A stretch of 35,293 bases of DNA from Devosia sp. (GTDB taxonomy: Bacteria; Pseudomonadota; Alphaproteobacteria; Rhizobiales; Devosiaceae). The notes beneath the pieces were generated by a model that saw nothing but the letters and a program-made list of their open reading frames with translations, was not told the origin of the DNA and made no database searches. Numbering within the stretch: the first letter of the stretch is position 1; each line of letters begins with the position of its first letter. The stretch lies in assembly GCA_028290685.1 (NCBI GenBank), contig JAQGJI010000111.1:1-35293 (forward strand). Reading direction: 5' to 3'. Positions 29,087 through 35,293 of this stretch are shown piece by piece. The position numbers and the translations under genes were made by a program.

Positions 29087-29116
29087 ATGGTGGGTGGGGG
29101 AACGTCATGGCAAAAC

Positions 29117-29145
29117 AAAAGGGCCGCTCCCAAGAGCGGCCCTTT
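29117..29145 (-). terminator. Intrinsic terminator of rpsD
   Basis: aaaagggccgctc-ccaa-gagcggcccttt. Confidence 0.85.
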
Positions 29146-29167
29146 CCGATTTGCGTAATCGTTTCGC

Positions 29168-29785
29168 TTAGCGCGAATAAAATTCCACGACCAGGTTCGG
29201 TTCCATCTGAACCGGGTATGGCACGTCCGACAGGGCCGGCACGCGCACATAGGTTGCGGTCATCTTGTTGTGGTCGACTTCCACATAGTCCGGAACATCG
29301 CGCTCGGCCAGCTGGGTGGCTTCGATCAGCACGGCGAGCTGCTTGGAGCGCTCACGCACTTCGATCTTGTCGCCGACCTTGACCTGGTAGGATGGGATGT
29401 TCACGCGCTTGCCGTTCACCAGAATGTGGCCATGGTTCACGAACTGACGGGCCGCGAACGGGGTTGCCACGAACTTGGCGCGGTAGATCACGGCATCCAG
29501 GCGCGACTCGAGCAGGCCGATCAGGTTCTCGCCGGTGTCGCCCTTGACGCGGGCAGCTTCGGTATAGAGCTTCTTGAAGGCCTTCTCGGTGACCGAGCCG
29601 TAATAGCCCTTCAGCTTCTGCTTGGCGCGCAGCTGCAGACCGTAGTCCGACAGCTTGCCCTTGCGGCGCTGGCCGTGCTGGCCAGGGCCATAGGCGCGGG
29701 CATTGAGCGGGGAGCCGGGACGGCCCCAGATGTTTTCGCCAAGACGGCGATCGATTTTGTGCTTGGCAGAAATGCGCTTCGACAT
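29168..29785 (-). CDS. rpsD: 30S ribosomal protein S4
   Basis: [36 protein letters not shown]. Confidence 0.98.
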   Translation of the reverse strand: MSKRISAKHKIDRRLGENIWGRPGSPLNARAYGPGQHGQRRKGKLSDYGLQLRAKQKLKGYYGSVTEKAFKKLYTEAARVKGDTGENLIGLLESRLDAVIYRAKFVATPFAARQFVNHGHILVNGKRVNIPSYQVKVGDKIEVRERSKQLAVLIEATQLAERDVPDYVEVDHNKMTATYVRVPALSDVPYPVQMEPNLVVEFYSR

Positions 29786-29817
29786 CGCGTATCCTTTTCA
29801 AAGGTCGAAAAACGGAT

Positions 29818-29908
29818 CGCGCCCTCCTCTGCCATCCTTGCGGATGACCGACAGACCCCAAATGTTAGGAGATCCCGGGTGCGCCTATGAGCCGATGGCT
29901 CTTGTAGG
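29818..29908 (-). ncRNA. Candidate structured 5' leader of rpsD
   Basis: Four stems found by eye, including a GCAA-capped hairpin, between predicted TSS and SD. Confidence 0.5.
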
Positions 29909-29915
29909 TGGGCGC

Positions 29916-29944
29916 GTGATATAAGCGGAAGCCATCAAAGTCAA
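29916..29944 (-). promoter_or_regulatory. sigma70 promoter of rpsD
   Basis: TTGACT-N17-TATCAC followed by GC-rich discriminator GCGCCC. Confidence 0.7.
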
Positions 29945-29964
29945 GCCGTGCGGCGGCTTTGCAG

Positions 29965-31236
29965 CTAAGCCTTGGCGCTCGGCTCCGCTACCCCGTCTGC
30001 CACCATTTTGTGGTCGAGCGTTTTCTGGTCGCGCAGGGCTGGGAAAATCAGGCTCCAGACACCGGCCACCGCCATCGCCCCGAACCCGCCGATAACCACC
30101 GCCGCCACCGGGCCGATGAAATGCGCCACGGTCCCTGCCCGGAATTCGCCCAGTTCGTTGGAGGCGCCGATGAACACCGAATTGACCGCGTTCACCCGCC
30201 CGCGCACTTCTTCGGGCGTCCACAACTGCATGATGGTTTCGCGAATGGTGACGCTGACCATGTCGGACGCACCGACCAGCGCCAGCGCCGGGATGGAAAT
30301 CCAGATCGAGGTCGAAAAACCAAAGACCACGGTGAACGCACCAAACAGCGCCACGAAGATAAACAGGATGCGGCCGGCGAAATTGCGGATCGGGAACTTG
30401 GTCAGATACAATGCCATCCCGATCGCCCCCAGCCCGGGTGCCGCCCGCAGCAACCCATTGGCAATCGAGCCGCCATGCAGGATATCGGTGGCATAGATCG
30501 GCAACATGGCCACCGCCCCGCCCATCAGCACGGCGAACATGTCGAGCGAGATCGCGCCCAGCACGACCTTGTTGCTGAAGATATACTTGAAGCCGCCGAG
30601 CAGCGTTTCCATGCTGGTCGCCGCGTGTGACTCCCGCTGCGGCGGCTGGGGAATCATAAGCACGCTGACGACGGCGCACATCAGCAAGGCAGCGCCAGTG
30701 CCGAACGCGACGACCGCGCCGAAGCTGTACAGCACGCCGCCAAGCGCTGGCCCGGCGATGGAAGCGAACTGCCAAGCCGAGGCATTGACGGTGATGGCGT
30801 TGGACAGCGCATGGGAGGGCACCAGATTGGGCGCCAGTGAATGTGCGGCCGGCCCCCAGAACGCGCGGGCCGTGCCGAGCACCACGAGGATCGCGAACAG
30901 CGGCCCGATTTCGTGCGCCTCGGCATCCACGAACAACAGAAAGCCCAGCGCACACATCAGCTCGACAACCAGGCAGATGGCCATGATCCGGCGCCGCTTG
31001 AACCGGTCCGCGACCAGCCCCGTCACCAGGATCAGCACCAGCGCCGGCAGAAACAGGCAAAGCCCCACCAGCCCCACCAGCAACGGTTCGCGGGTGACGA
31101 TGTAAATCTGGTAGGCGATGGAAACCGACATGATCTGAACGGCAAAGCTCACCAGCAGCGTGGTGATCCAGAAATACCGGAAACCAAGATAGCTGAAGGC
31201 TTTTCGCGATGGGTCGGCGACTGTGGTCGGGCTCAT
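29965..31236 (-). CDS. MFS transporter (DHA3/MefA/EntS-like)
   Basis: FRYFW, GLVADRF.RRR, GPALGG, TPEEVRGRV, SNELGEF. Confidence 0.9.
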   Translation of the reverse strand: MSPTTVADPSRKAFSYLGFRYFWITTLLVSFAVQIMSVSIAYQIYIVTREPLLVGLVGLCLFLPALVLILVTGLVADRFKRRRIMAICLVVELMCALGFLLFVDAEAHEIGPLFAILVVLGTARAFWGPAAHSLAPNLVPSHALSNAITVNASAWQFASIAGPALGGVLYSFGAVVAFGTGAALLMCAVVSVLMIPQPPQRESHAATSMETLLGGFKYIFSNKVVLGAISLDMFAVLMGGAVAMLPIYATDILHGGSIANGLLRAAPGLGAIGMALYLTKFPIRNFAGRILFIFVALFGAFTVVFGFSTSIWISIPALALVGASDMVSVTIRETIMQLWTPEEVRGRVNAVNSVFIGASNELGEFRAGTVAHFIGPVAAVVIGGFGAMAVAGVWSLIFPALRDQKTLDHKMVADGVAEPSAKA

Positions 31237-31304
31237 GGATCATGCCAATCGCATGGCACATTGCTGCCGTCAAAGCCCGAATGGGCAAACCGCGTGCAAT
31301 GGCT

Positions 31305-32114
31305 TCAGGAATTGCCTTCTTCACCCGGCGGCTTCTGCCGATTGGGGTTGGGGCGTTGATGACGGCGATCGATGGAGGAAATAACCCCGCGCAGCGTCCG
31401 GATTTCCTGGCTGGTGAATTTTCCGCGCTCCAGCATGGTGCGCAGATTGTTGATCACCGTTGGCCGCTTGTCAGGCGCGGTGAAAAAGCCCGATCCGTCC
31501 AGGGTTGTTTCCAGGTGCCCGAACAGCCCGATCAGTTCCTCGCGCGGGGCAACCTCCGCCAGCGCGTCGGTGAACGGCAATTTTGTTCCCAGATCGCTGT
31601 GGCGCCGCCATTCATAAGCCATCAGCAGCACAGCCTGGGCAATGTTGAGCGAGGCGAATGCAGGCTCCACCGGCAAGGTGACGATGGCGTCGGCCAGCGC
31701 GACTTCCTCGTTCAGCAAGCCCCAGCGTTCGCGGCCAAACAGCAGGCCCGCGCCCCGGCCGTTGCTGATATGGGAGTGCAGGTTGCCTGAGGCCTCATCG
31801 GGTCCAAGCACCGCTTTCTGCAGATCCCGCGACCGGGCCGTGGTGGCATAGACCAGGCTGAGATCGGCGATCGCCGCTTCCAGGGTTTCGAACACGCGAA
31901 CCCTGTTGATCACATGGTCAGCGCGCGAGGCGGCAGCCACGGCACGTTCATTGGGCCAGCCGTCGCGCGGCCGGACCAGCCGTAGATCCCACAGTCCGAA
32001 ATTGGCCATGGCCCGTGCGGCCGTGCCGATGTTCTCGCCCAACTGGGGTTCACACAGGATAATGGCCGGCGTTGGCCGCAGTTCTAGTTTTATGGATGAA
32101 TCCGTACCGGCCAT
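31305..32114 (-). CDS. TrmJ/LasT-type SPOUT RNA methyltransferase
   Basis: PQLGENIG..ARAMANFG, FGRERWGL, SLNIAQAV. Confidence 0.93.
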   Translation of the reverse strand: MAGTDSSIKLELRPTPAIILCEPQLGENIGTAARAMANFGLWDLRLVRPRDGWPNERAVAAASRADHVINRVRVFETLEAAIADLSLVYATTARSRDLQKAVLGPDEASGNLHSHISNGRGAGLLFGRERWGLLNEEVALADAIVTLPVEPAFASLNIAQAVLLMAYEWRRHSDLGTKLPFTDALAEVAPREELIGLFGHLETTLDGSGFFTAPDKRPTVINNLRTMLERGKFTSQEIRTLRGVISSIDRRHQRPNPNRQKPPGEEGNS

Positions 32115-32169
32115 GCTGCCCAACCCAAACGATCAGGCCACATAGCCGATTTGCCCTCAATGAATCAAA

Positions 32170-32766
32170 TCAGGCGACCCGGTGGCGGGGCGGCAGGTCC
32201 TTCACCTTGCTCGAGCGCTGCCACTCGCGGTCCAGAATGGCGAAATGCAGCTCTTCGTCCCATTCACCCTGGAACAGCGCGTGTTCGCGATAGTGCGCCT
32301 CGAGCCGCATCCCCAGATTCTGCATCAGCTTGATCGAGTGGTGGTTGCGCCCGTCGCACCGGGCAAAGATGCGGTGAATGCGGAAATGATCGAAGGCCAG
32401 GTTGAAAACCGCGCTGATGGCTTCCTTGGCAAAGCCTTGCCCTGAATAACCTGGGTTAATGCAGAAGCGCACTTCGCCCTGTCCGGCCGTTGCGTCGGAC
32501 CATTGCAGGGAAATGTGCCCGATGAGCTTTTTGTCGCCCTTGCGCACCATGGCAAGCGTCAGCGTATCGCCCGGACGCTGCAGGCTGACATGGTTGCGCA
32601 TGATGCCAAGCGCACCGGCGACCTCGGAAGCATCTCGCGTCCGGCTGAAGACATAGCGCTGCATCGCAGGGAGCATGTGATAGGCACAAAGATCATCGAT
32701 GTCGCTCCGCTCAAAGGTTCGCAGCACCAAACGGTCCGTTTCCATAGGCAGTGACAGTGATGACAT
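32170..32766 (-). CDS. RimJ/RimL-type GNAT acetyltransferase (paralog 2)
   Basis: TDRLVLR, GQGFAKEA, N..S.KLM..LGMRLEAH. Confidence 0.9.
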   Translation of the reverse strand: MSSLSLPMETDRLVLRTFERSDIDDLCAYHMLPAMQRYVFSRTRDASEVAGALGIMRNHVSLQRPGDTLTLAMVRKGDKKLIGHISLQWSDATAGQGEVRFCINPGYSGQGFAKEAISAVFNLAFDHFRIHRIFARCDGRNHHSIKLMQNLGMRLEAHYREHALFQGEWDEELHFAILDREWQRSSKVKDLPPRHRVA

Positions 32767-32808
32767 GGTAATTTCCGCTCCCGTGGCCAGTGGCTGACCT
32801 GCATCTTC

Positions 32809-32834
32809 AACGTCACTTGGGAATCGGAAGTTCC
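32809..32834 (-). promoter_or_regulatory. sigma-EcfG promoter GGAAC-N17-CGTT
   Basis: Minus strand GGAAC ttccgattcccaagtga CGTT, 42 nt upstream of ATG 32766. Confidence 0.7.
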
Positions 32835-32874
32835 TGAGGGCACTGGAAAAATCTTTGTGCAATCAGGCTTGCCG

Positions 32875-33462
32875 CTATTTCGAGGTTGTCTGCCCCGGCT
32901 GCCGCGATTTATGCCATTCCTGCCACAGAATGGCGTAGATGAACTCCTCGTCCCAGGCGCCCTTGAAGATGGCGTGTTCGCGGAAATGAGCCTCGCGCCG
33001 CATTCCCAGGCGCTCCATCAGGCGCCACGACGGCTCGTTACGGACAGCACAGCGGGCCGAAACCCGATGCATGTCCCCCGGTCCGAAGGCAAGATCGAGC
33101 ATGATATTGGCCGCTTCGGTGGCGTAGCCGTGCCCCTGGTAGAGCGGATCGAATATCCAGCCCACCTCGCCCTGGCGCGCCTCTATGCTCCGCCAGATCA
33201 GCGACACTTCCCCGATCAGCGTGCCGGTCTGGTTCAATTCGACCGCCAGGATGATCTTGTCGTTCACCTCGGTCAGACCGGTTTGGGAAATCCGCTGCTG
33301 TACCGCCACGGCGCACTCCTCGCGGCTGAGCGGAACATCAAACAAATACCGGGCGACCGCTTCAAGACGGCGATAGCCATAAACGGCGTCGACGTCGCCG
33401 CGGGTAAACGGGCGCAGGCTCAACCGGTCGGTGCCAAGCGGGTAAGTCGGATAGAGCGCCAT
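32875..33462 (-). CDS. RimJ/RimL-type GNAT acetyltransferase (paralog 1)
   Basis: TDRLSLR, QGHGYATEA, NEPSWRLMERLGMRREAH; AGGAGG SD. Confidence 0.92.
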   Translation of the reverse strand: MALYPTYPLGTDRLSLRPFTRGDVDAVYGYRRLEAVARYLFDVPLSREECAVAVQQRISQTGLTEVNDKIILAVELNQTGTLIGEVSLIWRSIEARQGEVGWIFDPLYQGHGYATEAANIMLDLAFGPGDMHRVSARCAVRNEPSWRLMERLGMRREAHFREHAIFKGAWDEEFIYAILWQEWHKSRQPGQTTSK

Positions 33463-33559
33463 CGCTTCCTCCTGGCCCGGCATAATCTGAACGACCAGAG
33501 CGCACAAAGGCAGGTTCGCCCCTCTTGCTGCATGACTTAGACCATGCCAGCCTTCGAAA

Positions 33560-34003
33560 ATGAACCAGCCCGGCCCTACAATGATCGATTTAAGCGCTCG
33601 TTGCCTGTGCGGGGAGATAGAAATGTCCGTCCAGGGCCGGGTGATTTCGATGCTGCTGTGCTCGTGCCTGGATTGTCAGCGTGCGAGCGGAAGCGGCCAT
33701 AGCACTGTCGCACTGGTTCCGGCAGCGTCGCTGAAGCTCAGCGGAGCGGCCAAATCTTTCGAACGGCCAACCGATTCGGGCGCCCGCTTCACCCATCACT
33801 TCTGCCCAACCTGCGCAACGCCGCTGTTTGGGCAATCCTCTCGTGCACCCGGTTTGCGCTTGCTGCCCGTTGGCTTCTTTGCCGGGCAAAACGAGTGGTT
33901 TGCGCCCAGCCAGCTGATTTTCGCCCGCACCCGGCAAGCCTGGGATCTGATTGCCGATCATCTGCCCCGCCATCAGACCTATCGCGATGCGGTTGCGCCG
34001 TGA
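33560..34003 (+). CDS. GFA (Mss4-like) family Zn-binding protein
   Basis: CLCG, CSCLDCQR, FCPTC; start could be 33581. Confidence 0.9.
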   Translation: MNQPGPTMIDLSARCLCGEIEMSVQGRVISMLLCSCLDCQRASGSGHSTVALVPAASLKLSGAAKSFERPTDSGARFTHHFCPTCATPLFGQSSRAPGLRLLPVGFFAGQNEWFAPSQLIFARTRQAWDLIADHLPRHQTYRDAVAP

Positions 34004-34335
34004 GCCTGGCATCGGAAGAGCTTTCACACCGTCTTCGGGCCCTGCTCGCCCCTGTCCCGTTCGTCACCGAGCAAAAGATGTTCGGTGGCCGGGCGTTTAT
34101 GCTGTCTGGCAACATGCTGGTAGCCGCCACCAAGCAGGGTAGTTTGCTGGTGCGGGTGAGCAGGCATGCCAGCCAACAGCTTCTGTCCCTGCCCGGTGCC
34201 GCCCCTATGACCATGGGAGCGCGCACGATGGCTGGTTTTCTTGAAGTTTCAGGCGATGTGCTGGAGGATGACGCGGCGCTTGCTGACTGGATGAACCGGG
34301 CCCGCTTGTTCGTCGCGACCCTGCCGCCGAAATAG
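34000..34335 (+). CDS. TfoX N-terminal domain protein
   Basis: EQKMFGG..FM..GNM, LLVRV, FVATLPPK; GTGA overlap with GFA. Confidence 0.85.
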   Translation: MSLASEELSHRLRALLAPVPFVTEQKMFGGRAFMLSGNMLVAATKQGSLLVRVSRHASQQLLSLPGAAPMTMGARTMAGFLEVSGDVLEDDAALADWMNRARLFVATLPPK

Positions 34336-34457
34336 CGCCCTTCGATAGGCAAGGCACCATGCCGAGCCGGTCTTTGCGCTTGTGGCTGCCAATGCTATAG
34401 CGGCAGCCGAACTTGGCCGAGACGGGCCAATACGCGGATTTCAGGGAGAATTTTCCG

Positions 34458-35065
34458 ATGAGCAAAATCAAGGTCGCCAATCCAGTGGTCGATCTCGACG
34501 GCGATGAGATGACCCGCATCATCTGGCGGGCGATCAAGGACAAGCTCATCCATCCCTATCTCGACCTGCCGATCGAATATTATGATCTGAGCGTGGAGAG
34601 CCGGACGCCACCAACGACCAGATCACGGTCGACGCCGCCAAGGCCATCCAGAAGCATGGTGTCGGCATCAAGTGCGCCACCATCACCGCTGACGAGGGCC
34701 GCGTCGAGGAATTCAAGCTCAAGAAGATGTGGAAGTCGCCCAACGGCACCATCCGCAACATCCTGGGCGGCGTGATCTTCCGCGAGCCGATCATCTGCAA
34801 GAATGTGCCGCGCCTGGTTCCAGGCTGGACCCAGCCGATCATCGTGGGCCGCCATGCCTTTGGCGATCAGTACAAGGCGACCGATTTCAGGGTCCCGGGT
34901 CCGGGCAAGCTGACGATGAAGTTCGAGGGCGCGGACGGCCAGGTGATCGAACATGAAGTGTTCGACTTTCCCACCTCCGGCGTGGCGATGGGGATGTACA
35001 ATCTCGACGATTCGATCCGCGACTTCGCGCGCGCGTCGATGCATTACGCGCTGGGCCGCGGCTGG
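34458..35065 (+). CDS. icd: NADP-dependent isocitrate dehydrogenase, 5' part; 1-nt frameshift near 34603 and broken at about 35065
   Basis: [19 protein letters not shown], then after a frame change [33 protein letters not shown]. Confidence 0.9.
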
Positions 35066-35293
35066 TGCCGGGCTGGACCCAGCCGATCATCGTCGGCCGC
35101 CATGCCTTCGGCGATCAGTACAAGGCGACCGACTTCAAGGTGCCGGGCCCCGGCCGCCTGACCATGAAGTTCGAAGGCAAGGACGGCACGGTCATCGAAA
35201 AGGAAGTGTTCGAGTTCCCTGAGGCCGGCGTCGCCATGGGCATGTACAACCTCGATGACTCGATCCGCGACTTCGCGCGCGCCTCGCTGAATT
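35062..35293 (+). other. icd: Second, divergent internal icd fragment (LVPGW...ARASLN), out of frame; probable chimeric join
   Basis: Repeats 34814..35045 with about 20 synonymous and 10 amino-acid-changing codons over 77 codons (hand count). Confidence 0.85.

Noticed and set aside
29885-31324. 479-aa alternative-frame ORF over the MFS gene
   Set aside because: Arg/Gly/Ala-rich off-frame translation on the same strand as a clear MFS.
1-35293. CRISPR array, toxin-antitoxin or defence locus
   Set aside because: No regularly spaced repeats and no nuclease, ATPase or reverse transcriptase defence-type genes; GNATs lack adjacent antitoxin-like ORFs.

Overview
GC-rich alphaproteobacterial chromosomal segment (Hyphomicrobiales, Devosia-like by my reading of gene content and synteny; this is inference). 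It is almost entirely housekeeping. It contains a gluconate module (gnd, gluconate 5-dehydrogenase-like SDR, gluconokinase), a CHAD-CYTH pair, csbD, an RluA-family synthase, a cinA-like/gpt/tRNA-Leu(UAA)/ridA/ASCH run, map-radC, ccdA, rpe-purB, the ATPase zeta subunit (DUF1476), purC-purS...purQ...purL-bolA...grxD with intercalated accessory genes, three complete MFS transporters plus one partial, an inositol monophosphatase-family gene, ttcA, bacA/sbmA, rpsD, a TrmJ-like methyltransferase, tandem GNATs, GFA, TfoX-N and the start of icd. I see no integrase, transposase, phage, CRISPR or recognisable defence system, and no clearly new multi-gene system. The best leads are small: a structured 5' leader on rpsD, an unannotated 27-codon membrane peptide plus lipid-acylation-type genes inside the pur cluster, four sigma-EcfG-type promoters, a family of intergenic palindromic elements, and an RBS-occluding hairpin before purQ. 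The right end (icd) carries a frameshift and a divergent out-of-frame second copy that looks like an assembly chimera.
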